Below are positions 1 through 12,008 of a stretch of DNA of 64,000 nucleotides, one piece after another. The DNA lies in the NCBI GenBank assembly GCA_034120015.1, contig JAXEIF010000005.1, positions 7,467 to 71,466 on the forward strand, written 5' to 3'. The notes beneath the pieces are model-generated. The model was not told the origin of the DNA and made no database searches. It was given only the letters and a program-made list of their open reading frames with translations. Within the stretch, counting starts at the first letter, position 1; every line of letters starts with the position of its first letter. Made by a program: the position numbers and the translations under genes. Source of the DNA: Spirochaetia bacterium (lineage in GTDB: Bacteria > Spirochaetota > Spirochaetia > JAFGXN01).

Positions 1-1069
1 GATTTGTCCGCTCGGAAATGTCCTCGATAACTCCGACAATTTCACTCATCCGGTTGATGGAATCGATAATTCCGCCGAAAATCTGAACGGAAGCTTCCAG
101 TCTGTCAATACCTTCCTGAACGGTTGTCGATACGACCGACAGTTTCTCGATTTTTTCGTTCGCGGAAGCAGACATATTCTCAATCGAAGATGACATCTGG
201 GCAATGGCTGCCGTCGTCTGCTCAAATGCGACCGCCTGATTGTTGATGCGCGTTTTGACACCTTCGTTTGCTTCGATAATCTGTGCCTGGAAAGCGGATA
301 TCCGGTCAATACGTTCTTTGACTACGTCCTGGTTTTCCCGTGACGCCGTCGTCAAGTGCCCCATTTCCTGCAAATTACGCGAAATTGTTTCCGCACTGAC
401 GTTCAGCTGACTGCCGATGTCCATATTATCGGAAAGCGAATGAACCCATCCGGTCAGTGTTTTCATTTTATTTTTTACATCCTGCTCCCGGGCAGACAAT
501 CCCGCAACCAATATACGGTTCGACCACCAGGCCGTAACCGACAAAACGTTTGCCAGAATCAGCAGAATAATCATCGAATAAAAAACATCCATAAGTTCCG
601 GCAATGTACCGGTTGCGATTCCGACAGGAACAGCCCGCATTACCATTACAAGAACAATACCGCCGTATATTACAACCGTTGCCAGGATAAACGACCACTT
701 GCTGACCGCAAAATTTCCGAGTAAAAGCAGAATAATACTGAAGCAGAACATCGTATAAGTGGCATCGATAATACTGGCCTCTCTGGAAAATATAAGCGGA
801 AAAGCAATCAGAAATCCTGTGGCGACCGCATACGACCACCCCAGCTTATACAGCCCCCGATACTGCAGCATAATAACGAATACGGTCGTTACTATCAGCA
901 GAATTTCGAACACGGCCATCGGAATATTATTCAAAAAAAACAGATTTTTTATGACCCCGCCCATCAGGGCAAACCCCATGATGATAAAAATCACCTGCAG
1001 GATATTCGTTTTTATCCGTACATCGATCGTCTCTTTATCGTAGTAATTTGATATCAGTCGTAATCTCAT
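1..1069 (-). CDS. Methyl-accepting chemotaxis protein, 3' end truncated by the window edge. ATG at 1069; polytopic N-terminus then an MCP signalling domain.
   Basis: Hand translation of the minus strand from 1069 downward is open to position 1 (MRLRLISNYYDKETID...). The product has about six hydrophobic helices followed by an MCP coiled-coil that closely matches the downstream paralog (…[39 protein letters not shown]…). It is absent from the ORF track because no stop lies inside the window. Confidence 0.75.
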   Translation of the reverse strand, partial: MRLRLISNYYDKETIDVRIKTNILQVIFIIMGFALMGGVIKNLFFLNNIPMAVFEILLIVTTVFVIMLQYRGLYKLGWSYAVATGFLIAFPLIFSREASIIDATYTMFCFSIILLLLGNFAVSKWSFILATVVIYGGIVLVMVMRAVPVGIATGTLPELMDVFYSMIILLILANVLSVTAWWSNRILVAGLSAREQDVKNKMKTLTGWVHSLSDNMDIGSQLNVSAETISRNLQEMGHLTTASRENQDVVKERIDRISAFQAQIIEANEGVKTRINNQAVAFEQTTAAIAQMSSSIENMSASANEKIEKLSVVSTTVQEGIDRLEASVQIFGGIIDSINRMSEIVGVIEDISERTN

Positions 1070-1202
1070 TGACAGCTCCTTTCTAAAATGATCATTCGGA
1101 TATTCTATTCGAAACAACCCCGACAATCCTGCCGGACTTTCTCTTTTTCTATATCGGACGCCGAAAAAGAAAAAATAAGATTGAATCGAAATTCCCCGGG
1201 GA

Positions 1203-2813
1203 TTAAAACCCGGAAATACTGGCTTTCATTTCTTTTATCAGGTTTTCGTTGGAGGCACCGATATCCAGCAGCAGATCCGACTGATTACGAATATGCGAAA
1301 GCTCGTTTTCCAGATTGATCATACTGTCATCGATTTCGGAAACAACATCTTTCATGACATTGACGGCGGAATTTTCTTCATCTATAATGCGGTTCATTTT
1401 TTCCGTCGACAAATCAACTTCCTTTTTCAAATCCACGACATGATAAACGGCGTTATTGATTTCCACCGTTCCTTTTGCCAGTTCGGACAATCCGTTGCTG
1501 ATTTCGTTCAATGAAGCGGAAATCGTCAGCAAATCCGTTCCGATTCCGCGGATTTTCGCAGACGATTCGGAGTTGACGGATACGGCATTTTTGACCGCGG
1601 CAATATTGGTTTTGATCATTTTGGAAATAATCTTTGAATTGCGCGAGGTTTCTTCGGAAAGATCGCGAATCGACTGGGCAACGATGGAAAATCCTTTTCC
1701 GGCTTCTCCGGCATGTACCGACTCAATAGACGCATTCATTGCCAACAGATTGGTTCTCTCCGAAATATCTTCGATGACGCCGACAATTTCGCTCATCCGA
1801 TTAATCGATTCGATAATTTCTTCAAAAATACGGGCCGACCCTTCCAACTGTTCGATTCCTGTTTTGACTGCTGTCGAAATTTCCATCAGCTGCCCCATTT
1901 TCTCGGTGGCATTACCGGACATTGTTTCAATCGAAGACGACATTTCGGTGATGGCTGCCGTTGTCTGTTCGAATGCGGCAGCCTGATTATTGATTCTGAT
2001 TTTAACGCCTTCATTTGCCTCCGCTATCTGATTTTGCAGACTGTAGATATCATTTATCCTGTCTTCAAGAGACTTCTGCCCCTGTCGGGTTTCGTTTTTA
2101 CAGCTTTCCATTGCCTGAAGACTTTCGGAAATAGCATGGGAGGTTTCCGTCAATCTGTTTCCTATATCGGCGCCGGAAGAGACTTTATCGACAATAGCCG
2201 AGATACGTTCAATATTCTGTCTCAGCTCTCCTTCTTTACCGACCAGCTCTCGATTCAACTCGTTATCGGCGCGCCAACCGACAAAGAACAGTACATCGGA
2301 AAAAACAAAAATACAGAAACTGCCGAAAAACATATCAAACATTAAAAAGAGATTGTTATTGGCAAGTGCATAAGGCAGCGAAATTCCGACAAGCGTCCCC
2401 AAAACAACGGCATACAGAAAGATATGAAACAGAATAATATTCCAACGCGATGTCAGATGCTGAACACCGAACTGAACCATCACACAGGCCATAAAGAGTC
2501 CGTATAAAACCGTATAATATGAAAAAGGCCAGACAATAATCCGGGAAACGGCCAGTGATCCGACTATAAAATTACACAGAAACCAACTGAATTTATAATA
2601 TCCGTTCCACAATAATACAGCACCGATAACTGCCGCTATGACAAGAATCAAATCCAGAACAAATAACCCGATATTCCCCGCCGAAAACATCTGAAACGCT
2701 GCCGGAATAAAGGCAAAAACGGTAGCAATAAAACAAACTTGTAAAATTTTGGCTTTTTTAATAATACTTACGGGTGCGTTTTGATAAACATCCGATATTA
2801 AACGAATTTTCAT
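1203..2813 (-). CDS. Methyl-accepting chemotaxis protein (536 aa), with a polytopic membrane N-terminus and a C-terminal MCP signalling domain.
   Basis: About 180 aa of hydrophobic helices precede conserved MCP signalling-domain repeats (…[28 protein letters not shown]…[13 protein letters not shown]…). It is a tandem paralog of the upstream partial MCP. Confidence 0.85.
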   Translation of the reverse strand: MKIRLISDVYQNAPVSIIKKAKILQVCFIATVFAFIPAAFQMFSAGNIGLFVLDLILVIAAVIGAVLLWNGYYKFSWFLCNFIVGSLAVSRIIVWPFSYYTVLYGLFMACVMVQFGVQHLTSRWNIILFHIFLYAVVLGTLVGISLPYALANNNLFLMFDMFFGSFCIFVFSDVLFFVGWRADNELNRELVGKEGELRQNIERISAIVDKVSSGADIGNRLTETSHAISESLQAMESCKNETRQGQKSLEDRINDIYSLQNQIAEANEGVKIRINNQAAAFEQTTAAITEMSSSIETMSGNATEKMGQLMEISTAVKTGIEQLEGSARIFEEIIESINRMSEIVGVIEDISERTNLLAMNASIESVHAGEAGKGFSIVAQSIRDLSEETSRNSKIISKMIKTNIAAVKNAVSVNSESSAKIRGIGTDLLTISASLNEISNGLSELAKGTVEINNAVYHVVDLKKEVDLSTEKMNRIIDEENSAVNVMKDVVSEIDDSMINLENELSHIRNQSDLLLDIGASNENLIKEMKASISGF

Positions 2814-2876
2814 TTGAGCTCCGCTCCGAAAAAATAAAAGACCGATAATTTCTTATCGGCCTTTTATTTCAATAAA

Positions 2877-4076
2877 TTAATGTCTTCGTTTTTTTCCCCG
2901 AATCTTACGTTCCAGCATCGGAATTTCGATTTCGCCGCCCGAAGTTCCCGATTCCTCAATATTATCGGAAACCGCAGCAGCAGCAACCGCTTTTTTACCG
3001 TATTTTTTTTCGGATTTGCGGCGCTTTACGGCAGAAATGGCCAGCTCTGTCCAATAATAAAACGGAGCGGCAATAAAAATTGTGGAATAGGTTCCGCACA
3101 GGATACCGACGATAACGTTCAGCGCAAAGTTTTTGATATCACTTGTATCGGAAGCAAACACATACAACGCCACTACGGTAAACAGTGTTGTCAGCGAAGT
3201 AATAATGGTTCGGGAAAGTGTCTGCGTCACTGAAATATCGATACGGGAACGCAACGGGAGATTGGGATTCAACTCCATACTTTCACGGATACGGTCGAAA
3301 ACAACGATTGTGTCGTTCAGCGAATAACCGATAATGGTCAAAATCGCAGCGATTGTAACCGATGTAAATTCCACCTGAAAAACACCGATAAAAACCATCA
3401 TCATAATAACATCATGAAAAACGGCGACAATCGCTCCGACGGCAAAAGCCAGCTTAAAACGAAACCAGATATAAATCAGAACCAACGCCATCGCCGCAAC
3501 AACAACCCAAACCGCCGTCATGGTCAACGTTGCCGCACGCGACGGAGTCACACTGGCCTTTTGTTTGATTTCGACCGAATCGGGACCGAATTCCGATTCC
3601 ACAACTTTTTCCAGTTCGGAAGCGGCAATTTCGGCAAAATCCCCGTCACCGACAGCGGCCTGATAGGCCAGCCTCTGGAGAGAATTCAATTCGGCTGCCT
3701 CTTCCGCCGTCATTACGTCGGCGGGATCAATTCCCTCGGCTGCCTTTACCGGCTTACGCAGACTGACCTGAGATAACCGCACCCGATATTCCCGTGTCAG
3801 CGGATCCTGATTGGGAATTTCCTGAATCTGAGCTTCGTACGGAGCCAGCAGTCCGCGAATAACGGAAATGGTCTTTACTTCGCCGGCAGCGGCATTTTCT
3901 TCGGTAATGGCTTCAGGAAGTTTCACGGAAAACTGGATGCTCACACCGGGGTTGAAATCGACACCTGTATTCAATCCGCGGTGATAAAACACCGTAAACA
4001 ATAAACCGAAAACCATGCAAAAGAGAGACAACCCGGCAGTCAGAAACCGGTAACGGGTAAATCTAATTGTTTTCAT
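2877..4076 (-). CDS. secF: Protein translocase subunit SecF
   Basis: 399 aa. The C-terminal six-helix membrane domain has the typical SecF pattern (…ILTIIGYSLNDTIVVFDRIRE…) and the gene sits immediately downstream of, and overlapping, secD. Confidence 0.85.
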   Translation of the reverse strand: MKTIRFTRYRFLTAGLSLFCMVFGLLFTVFYHRGLNTGVDFNPGVSIQFSVKLPEAITEENAAAGEVKTISVIRGLLAPYEAQIQEIPNQDPLTREYRVRLSQVSLRKPVKAAEGIDPADVMTAEEAAELNSLQRLAYQAAVGDGDFAEIAASELEKVVESEFGPDSVEIKQKASVTPSRAATLTMTAVWVVVAAMALVLIYIWFRFKLAFAVGAIVAVFHDVIMMMVFIGVFQVEFTSVTIAAILTIIGYSLNDTIVVFDRIRESMELNPNLPLRSRIDISVTQTLSRTIITSLTTLFTVVALYVFASDTSDIKNFALNVIVGILCGTYSTIFIAAPFYYWTELAISAVKRRKSEKKYGKKAVAAAAVSDNIEESGTSGGEIEIPMLERKIRGKKRRH

Positions 4077-5877
4077 ATTTTTTGCCTCCCCACATAACCT
4101 GAATTCGTTTCATTTTAAGTGTTTCGTAACAGAAATCAAAAATCAGCCGAGTTACAAAAATTGCCGTAAACATGGAACAGACAACACCGATTGCCAGAGT
4201 ATAGGCGAACCCCTGAATCGCACCGGTACCCAGAACAGAGAGAACCAGAGCGGCAATCAGAGTCGTTACGTTTGCATCAATCAGAGCCCAAAGGGCTTTG
4301 TCATATCCGGCTTTTAAACCGGCAACAGCCGATTTTCCGGCTCGCTGCTCTTCACGCATACGTTCAAAAATAATAACGTTGGCATCGACCGACATACCGA
4401 TCGAAAGAATAATACCCGCCAGACTGGTCAGAGTCATTGTAAAACCCAATTTTGCCAGAATGGCAAAAATAAAGACCAAATCAAGGAAAAGGGCAACATC
4501 GGCAATGAACCCGCCTCCGCGGTAATACAGCAGCATAAAGATAAAAACGGAAATAAATCCGATTGAAAGCGCCCAAATCCCTGCCTGAATCGCATCCTGC
4601 CCCAGCGAAGCATTCACTTCCTGAATTTCCTCGACCTGCAATTCGACGGGCAAAACTCCGGTTTTCAGCAGTTTTCTCAGATTTTCGGCTTCTTCTCCGG
4701 TAAAGCTTCCGGAAATCTGAACGTTACCGCCGGCAATTCTTCCGGAAATGGTAGCCGCCGCTTTGATTTTTTCATCCAGAGCAATTACCATCGTTTTGCC
4801 TTTGTTGGCTTCGGTCAGATCGGCAAACCGAACCTGAGGATTAAAAGATTTACCGTCGGAATCTTCACCTTCCGTTCCGATGCGGAACGAAACCGCCGGT
4901 TTTCCGTATTGATCCTGCGCACGGGCGACATCACTCAAATAAACACCGCTGAAATCGGGAACCGCCGTAACAACCAGATAATCCTGCAACTCGTCTTCGC
5001 CGTAAACGTCTTTATCGTAAAGCCCCATGACTTTGTAACCGGGATTGACAATTCCTTTATCAACCAAAGCCGCCTGCGCCGCTTCATCATTGGTATCAAA
5101 ACCGCTTTTGGTTGTTCCGAATGTATCCATCAGATAGGAGCGGAAGGCTGCAGTCTGATTTGCATCGACGATATGGAAATTTAAACTTCCTTTTCCCATA
5201 AGGAAAGTCTTGATACGTTCCGAGTCGCGGGCGCCGGGCAATTCGACAAGAATACGGTCGTTACCGACCTTTCTTACGGAAGGCTCGGAGACTTTAAACG
5301 CATCGACACGGTCGTAAATAACGTCCATCGCATCCATGACAGGATCGTCGCCCTGAGTCACTTTCTCCCAGTCGACATCGGCTTTCAGCATAAAACTGAT
5401 ACCGCCGTTCAAATCCAGACCGAGCTTCAAAGCACTTTCGCGCAGGTTTCGGACATCCTGAATGCGTTTTACCAATGCAACGGCATCTGTTTGAATAAAC
5501 AGAGCTTTGGCTTCGCCTTCGGTCATATTCGGGAATGCATACTGAACGGTATTCAGATAGGTCCATTCCGCAGGCTTTTTTTCTTTCATTTTTTTCAGAT
5601 TCTGTTTTGCAACCGGAATCAGGAATTCATACTTTTCCGCAATCACCGCATCGGGCGTCGTTCGGGATAACTCACGAAATTCGTTCCACTTCTTCTCCGC
5701 TTCCGTTGTGGCGTAATTACGGACATCCTGACCGGGCAAGACTGCCAGATCTTTTTCTTCCTGTGTAACACCCCAGTCCGTATACCAGCGAACGGTCGGC
5801 ATCAGGAAAAGAACGGCAATTACGCAAACCAACAAGAAAATCAAAAATCTTGATGTTTTACTCATTTTTCTCTCCAC
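4063..5877 (-). CDS. secD: Protein translocase subunit SecD
   Basis: 604 aa with a large periplasmic domain and a C-terminal SecD membrane domain (…FIFMLLYYRGGGFIADVALFLDLVFIFAILAKLGFTMTLTSLAGIILSIGMSVDANVIIFERMREE…). Confidence 0.85.
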   Translation of the reverse strand: MERKMSKTSRFLIFLLVCVIAVLFLMPTVRWYTDWGVTQEEKDLAVLPGQDVRNYATTEAEKKWNEFRELSRTTPDAVIAEKYEFLIPVAKQNLKKMKEKKPAEWTYLNTVQYAFPNMTEGEAKALFIQTDAVALVKRIQDVRNLRESALKLGLDLNGGISFMLKADVDWEKVTQGDDPVMDAMDVIYDRVDAFKVSEPSVRKVGNDRILVELPGARDSERIKTFLMGKGSLNFHIVDANQTAAFRSYLMDTFGTTKSGFDTNDEAAQAALVDKGIVNPGYKVMGLYDKDVYGEDELQDYLVVTAVPDFSGVYLSDVARAQDQYGKPAVSFRIGTEGEDSDGKSFNPQVRFADLTEANKGKTMVIALDEKIKAAATISGRIAGGNVQISGSFTGEEAENLRKLLKTGVLPVELQVEEIQEVNASLGQDAIQAGIWALSIGFISVFIFMLLYYRGGGFIADVALFLDLVFIFAILAKLGFTMTLTSLAGIILSIGMSVDANVIIFERMREEQRAGKSAVAGLKAGYDKALWALIDANVTTLIAALVLSVLGTGAIQGFAYTLAIGVVCSMFTAIFVTRLIFDFCYETLKMKRIQVMWGGKKYENN

Positions 5878-5884
5878 ACCTTAT

Positions 5885-6385
5885 TTATTTTTGAATATCC
5901 TGATCTCCGGAAGCGGTTTTTTCGGCAGAAGCCTCCGTTTCCGTTTTTTTCTTCCGGAATCCGGAAAAAATCGATTTTTTCGTTTCCGGCTGAGGAACCG
6001 GATTTTTCTTTTCCAAAACCTGTGTGACCGCGTATTTGGCAAACTCGACTTTGACGTTATCGTTCAGTTTTAAAATGAACGATGTCTCTTTAACGGTATC
6101 GATTGTTCCGAAAATACCGCTCGATGTCATCACGCGATCGCCCTTTTCCAGCGATGCCAGCATTCGTTGTGTTTCTTTCTGCTTTTTGCTCTGCGGACGA
6201 ATCATGAAAAAATAGAGAACCAGCAGAAAAATCACCATCATAAAGAGAAAACTCTGATTGGCAAACGGCGATGCTGCCGTTGTCTGAGTTCCGCCATCGG
6301 CCGGGACTTCCTGAGTCCGGTTTGCATTGGGTTCATGTATAATATCCGACTCAAGCAAAAGCGGCGACCACGTTAACTGTTCCAT
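5885..6385 (-). CDS. yajC: Preprotein translocase subunit YajC. The true start is possibly the internal Met (MMVIFLL…).
   Basis: A single TM helix is followed by the YajC-like block 'FFMIRPQSKKQKETQRMLASLEKGDRVMTSSGIFGTIDTV', and the gene is immediately upstream of secD. The ORF carries a roughly 45-aa N-terminal extension of uncertain reality. Confidence 0.75.
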   Translation of the reverse strand: MEQLTWSPLLLESDIIHEPNANRTQEVPADGGTQTTAASPFANQSFLFMMVIFLLVLYFFMIRPQSKKQKETQRMLASLEKGDRVMTSSGIFGTIDTVKETSFILKLNDNVKVEFAKYAVTQVLEKKNPVPQPETKKSIFSGFRKKKTETEASAEKTASGDQDIQK

Positions 6386-6465
6386 AATTAACCTCTGAAA
6401 AAATTAAATTTCAACTGATTATAAGAAAATAACACAGAACAGTGAGGTTGTCAAGACACTCTGTC

Positions 6466-6798
6466 TTATATCAATTTGACCTTCACATTTTGAGGCACGG
6501 AGAAAACACCGAAAAGCCGGTTCAAAACATCAACGGAAGCATAATGGCATGATTCGTTTTTGTTGATAACGGACAGAAGATACTCCAAATCAGACTGCCC
6601 CGACCCGATACCTGCCTCGCGATCGAAAAAAGCGGCACAAAAAGCCGGTTTATACAACCCCAAATCTGCCAGCTGCCGGGAAGTTTTTGTTTTGTATTTG
6701 CGTTTCAGCGTTTTATCGACAATGACAACATTATCGTAAGAACCGACCGTAAAAATAAAATCTTCTTTCTTCATATATATCAATTTAACATAATTCAT
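6466..6798 (-). CDS. Small hypothetical protein (about 110 aa). The listed ORF start at 6894 overlaps pdxA and is probably too long.
   Basis: The reading frame is open. Internal Met codons at 6798 and 6774 follow the pdxA stop. No motif was recognised. Confidence 0.3.
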   Translation of the reverse strand: MNYVKLIYMKKEDFIFTVGSYDNVVIVDKTLKRKYKTKTSRQLADLGLYKPAFCAAFFDREAGIGSGQSDLEYLLSVINKNESCHYASVDVLNRLFGVFSVPQNVKVKLI

Positions 6799-7862
6799 TT
6801 TAAATGACAATTCTTTTTTTCGTTTCCTGCCGGACGAAGCACCATGCGCGCTGCCGCGGAAATCGCCTCCTTCATTCCGGTTGCATCGGCGCACCCTTTC
6901 CCTGCAATATCGAATGCGGTACCATGATCGACGGAAACGCGCAGAAACGGCAGCCCGGCTGTGACGGAGACTGTTCGATGAAAATCCAGCGTTTTACAGG
7001 CGATATGTCCCTGATCATGATAAAGTGATACAACGGCATCGAATTTCCCCTCTGCCGCCTGAGCAAAGACCGAATCGGCTCCGACCGGACCGACCGCGTC
7101 GATACCTTCCGCAACGGCAGCCTCCACCGCCGGTGCGACCGCCGTCATCTCTTCATCGCCGAGCAGACCGTGTTCACCGCAATGCGGATTGAAACCGGCC
7201 ACCGCAATCTGCGGCCGTTCAACGCCCCACTGCCGCAGAACATCCCGACAGCGCCCGATAAACCGGCACAGCGCCCCGGTTTCCAGAGTCGCCGGTACCT
7301 TCGAAAGCGGCAGGTGCCGTGTATAAAAAAAGACACACAGCTTGCCGGTCAGAAAAACCGTTAACGGATTTTCCGATCCGGTGAGCCCCGCGAAGATTTC
7401 GGTGTGACCGATATACGGCACGCCCGCCGCGCGCAGCGACTCTTTGTTCAGAGGTGCCGTCACCACCGCGTCACAGAATCCCTTTTCGACCAGACGAACG
7501 GATTTTTCGACGGCATCATACGCTGCCGAGCCGCCCGCGGCCGAGACAGTCCCCCATTGCCATTCCCCCGGATCGGGACAGTCGGCATATTCGATCACCG
7601 ACGAACGCAGCGGTCTCCTTCGGCTGACATCAAACGGACGCAAACGCAAGCGGACACCCAAAGACACCGCGGTTTTTTCCCAAACCGGACGGGCTCCGAC
7701 CAGAACCATCCTCGCCTGCCGCCGCAACCGCCGGTCGACGGCCGCCCGAATCGCAATTTCCGGACCGATACCGGCCGGGTCACCGGCTGTCACCGCCAAA
7801 ACGGGAAGCTGACTGTTTTCTAACATATATACCGCCTTATCCTGTTTTATAAAAAAAGGCAC
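6795..7862 (-). CDS. pdxA: PdxA-family 4-hydroxythreonine-4-phosphate dehydrogenase-like NAD-dependent dehydrogenase
   Basis: 355 aa with 'LAVTAGDPAGIGPEI' and 'VSLYHDQGHIACK', which are typical PdxA motifs. PdxA2-type substrate specificity cannot be excluded. Confidence 0.8.
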   Translation of the reverse strand: MPFFIKQDKAVYMLENSQLPVLAVTAGDPAGIGPEIAIRAAVDRRLRRQARMVLVGARPVWEKTAVSLGVRLRLRPFDVSRRRPLRSSVIEYADCPDPGEWQWGTVSAAGGSAAYDAVEKSVRLVEKGFCDAVVTAPLNKESLRAAGVPYIGHTEIFAGLTGSENPLTVFLTGKLCVFFYTRHLPLSKVPATLETGALCRFIGRCRDVLRQWGVERPQIAVAGFNPHCGEHGLLGDEEMTAVAPAVEAAVAEGIDAVGPVGADSVFAQAAEGKFDAVVSLYHDQGHIACKTLDFHRTVSVTAGLPFLRVSVDHGTAFDIAGKGCADATGMKEAISAAARMVLRPAGNEKKNCHLK

Positions 7863-7927
7863 TGCGCCTTTGCCTGTTTCCGATTCGGAAAAGACCGCTG
7901 CAGTGCCCGTTTATCGGGATCAACCCC

Positions 7928-9598
<1,671 letters not shown>

Positions 9599-9613
9599 TC
9601 AATTTACAAAAAC

Positions 9614-10498
9614 TCAATCAGAAAGTAAAGAGTTTTCATTTTCTTTTTTTCCGAAATCCGTTACGACACCTCCGGGCAGCAGGGAAACAATACGGCTTAA
9701 CAACGTCGGCGAAATTTCTTCACCGCGATCGCTCATTTTTATTCCGCACCCCCCGAACGCCTCTTCGAGAGTCCCGTCGGGAAAACGGCCCTTCGCCGAC
9801 GCTAAATTGTTTTTCAGCGTTTTCCGACGAGATTTAAACATTTCGGAAGCCAAAAGCAGATAAAGCCGACGGTTGAGATTTCTGTTTCTGTCGTGACGGG
9901 TCATGACAACGACCGTCGAGACGACATCGGGTTGCGGGAAAAAGCAGTCGGCGGGGACGTCGAAAACGGTTTTGACATCGTAATCGAGAGCGCAGAGCAG
10001 TGAAAACGACGAATAATCCTTGGAACCGGGAAGAGCCTTCATCCGCCGGGCGGCCTCTTTCTGAACCATGAACACCATTCTCGGAGGCAGGACCGCTTTT
10101 TCAATCAGACAGCCGATCATGGCGGCGGCGGAACAGTACGGAAGATTGCCGTAAATCAAATCGGGCAGACCGTTCGTTTCGGTAAAAGCGGAAAAGGTTT
10201 TGACAAAATCCCCCGGAACGATTTTCCGATCAGGGAATTCGGTTTCCAGAAAACGGATAAAGCCGTAATCGATTTCGAAAAGAGTCAGATTCTTTTCCGG
10301 AGGAAACAGCGCCGTCAGAGAACCGAGTCCGGGACCGATTTCCCATGCGGTGCGCACCGTTTCCGTTTGCAGTTCCGAAAAAATCATCTTTCTGTAACGA
10401 TCGCCGATCAGAAAATTCTGTCCGAATTTTTTCTGCATCGAAAGCCGAAACAGACCGAGAATCTCCTTAATTTGCGCTACCGATGTATAATCAATCAC
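9614..10498 (-). CDS. rsmA: 16S rRNA (adenine1518/1519-N6)-dimethyltransferase RsmA/KsgA
   Basis: 294 aa with 'KKFGQNFLI' and a SAM-binding 'EIGPGLGSLT' motif. Confidence 0.85.
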   Translation of the reverse strand: MIDYTSVAQIKEILGLFRLSMQKKFGQNFLIGDRYRKMIFSELQTETVRTAWEIGPGLGSLTALFPPEKNLTLFEIDYGFIRFLETEFPDRKIVPGDFVKTFSAFTETNGLPDLIYGNLPYCSAAAMIGCLIEKAVLPPRMVFMVQKEAARRMKALPGSKDYSSFSLLCALDYDVKTVFDVPADCFFPQPDVVSTVVVMTRHDRNRNLNRRLYLLLASEMFKSRRKTLKNNLASAKGRFPDGTLEEAFGGCGIKMSDRGEEISPTLLSRIVSLLPGGVVTDFGKKENENSLLSD

Positions 10499-11972
10499 AT
10501 GAAACTCCTTCCTGTTTCACTTTATCTTTTTTCCGAATAAAAAACAACCGCCGCAAAAACACCGACGACCATTCGGCACAAACAATGACCGCAAACGGAA
10601 CAAAAAAAAGAAAACCGTACGGCAAAAACGGTAAAGTCGGGACTCCGGCAAAAAAAACAAGCGGAAAGACAACCATATCGCAAACAAAATCAGACAAACG
10701 TGCAATCCCCAAAGCGGCAGCATCGGTTCCTGCCAACGCGACCGCCGATGCCGAAAACCGGATATACATAAACAAAGCCAGCAGCGGCGATGCTGCAATC
10801 GACGCCAAAATTCCTGCCGGATTCACCCCGTCCGCAGCAAACAGAAACGGCGCAACTCCTATCTGAGCCGCATAAGAAACCGCCAACGGCGCCGCCGCGG
10901 CTTTCGGCAGACAGCGGCACAATGACGTCTGCAACCGCCGGGAAAAAAAGACAATTCCGAAGACGGCCGCAAACGAAAGCCGCATACCGGGATGCAGAAC
11001 TTCCTGAGGATAAAGCAGAGCATTTACCATTAATGTCACACAGAGAACATCTCCCGGCGGCAGCCTCACCCCGAAAAATCCTCCGAAAGCGGAAATCACA
11101 AACATAACATAAGCCCGTTTTAAAGACGGCGCACTGCCGGTCAGAATAACATAAAATCCGAGCAACGGTATCAGCAACGCGTTCAGATATTTTTCGGAAA
11201 AAATACGCCCCGCCGTCATCCGACACAGAGCCACCAAAATTCCCAGATGCATTCCCGAGAGCGCAATCAGATGAAGACATCCCGATTTGCGGAAAACTTC
11301 CGTCATAACCGAATTTAAGTCATCCCGGTCACCCGAAAAAAGAGCCTCAAAAAAAGCTCCCGAAACTGTTTCTTCTATAAAAAATGTTTCCGTCAGACGC
11401 TCCAAAATTCGTGCGCGAAACGCCCACAGCGGCGGCAGCACGCCGTCGGCCGCAACCGATTCGACGCGAAAATAGTTCCCGCGGTACACACCTTTAAAAA
11501 CTGCCGGCTGCCCTTTTCGCAGTTTCGGACCTTCTTTTACGGCAAAGAACATATTGCAGTCAACCGAGACGGTCACCCCTCCGCCGGAAGCCTCCCGGCA
11601 ACGGACATTATACCCGGTACGACCGTAATCCATCCGCCGGCTGTCTGCCGTCAAAACGCCGCTCCATTCCGTCATCCGTCGGGGATCGGCGCCGAACGTA
11701 TCACGGGATGAAGCGAATCTGACCGTAAAAACAGCTGCCACCGAAAATCCGATACAGGTGCAAAACAGCAGCCGTTTTCCGGCAGCGCCGACTTTCAAAC
11801 ACGGCAAAAAAAATACCGCCGGGACAAACAGGAGAGATACACAAAAAAGGAGACACCACAACGAAAGCAGCTTTTCCGGAACCGGATGTGCGGCCGCGAC
11901 AACGAGCGGAATGACAGCCGCCGGAGCCGGAAGCAAAAGATAAATTTCCCTTCGGAATTTTTTTTCAAACAT
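10491..11972 (-). CDS. ComEC/Rec2-family DNA internalisation channel protein (membrane domain only)
   Basis: 493 aa and polytopic, with the competence-domain signature '…CLHLIALSGMHLGIL…'. It lacks the C-terminal metallo-beta-lactamase domain. Confidence 0.7.
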   Translation of the reverse strand: MFEKKFRREIYLLLPAPAAVIPLVVAAAHPVPEKLLSLWCLLFCVSLLFVPAVFFLPCLKVGAAGKRLLFCTCIGFSVAAVFTVRFASSRDTFGADPRRMTEWSGVLTADSRRMDYGRTGYNVRCREASGGGVTVSVDCNMFFAVKEGPKLRKGQPAVFKGVYRGNYFRVESVAADGVLPPLWAFRARILERLTETFFIEETVSGAFFEALFSGDRDDLNSVMTEVFRKSGCLHLIALSGMHLGILVALCRMTAGRIFSEKYLNALLIPLLGFYVILTGSAPSLKRAYVMFVISAFGGFFGVRLPPGDVLCVTLMVNALLYPQEVLHPGMRLSFAAVFGIVFFSRRLQTSLCRCLPKAAAAPLAVSYAAQIGVAPFLFAADGVNPAGILASIAASPLLALFMYIRFSASAVALAGTDAAALGIARLSDFVCDMVVFPLVFFAGVPTLPFLPYGFLFFVPFAVIVCAEWSSVFLRRLFFIRKKDKVKQEGVSCD

Positions 11973-12008
11973 ACTTTGATTAATGAAAAAAATCTGTTAA
12001 ACTGACTT

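Noticed and set aside
46-309. Listed 87-aa minus-strand ORF at the window start
   Set aside because: It is in the wrong frame. Hand translation shows that the real gene here is a long minus-strand MCP frame (1-1069) that the ORF track omitted because its stop lies outside the window.
1190-1202. tccccgggga palindrome just after the MCP stop, as a terminator
   Set aside because: The stem is short and no proper U-run follows immediately on the minus strand, so it is too weak to call.
1293-2345. Plus-strand ORFs (1293-1514, 1456-1986, 1713-2345) lying inside the MCP gene
   Set aside because: These are antisense shadow ORFs within a well-supported MCP coding region, with low-complexity products.
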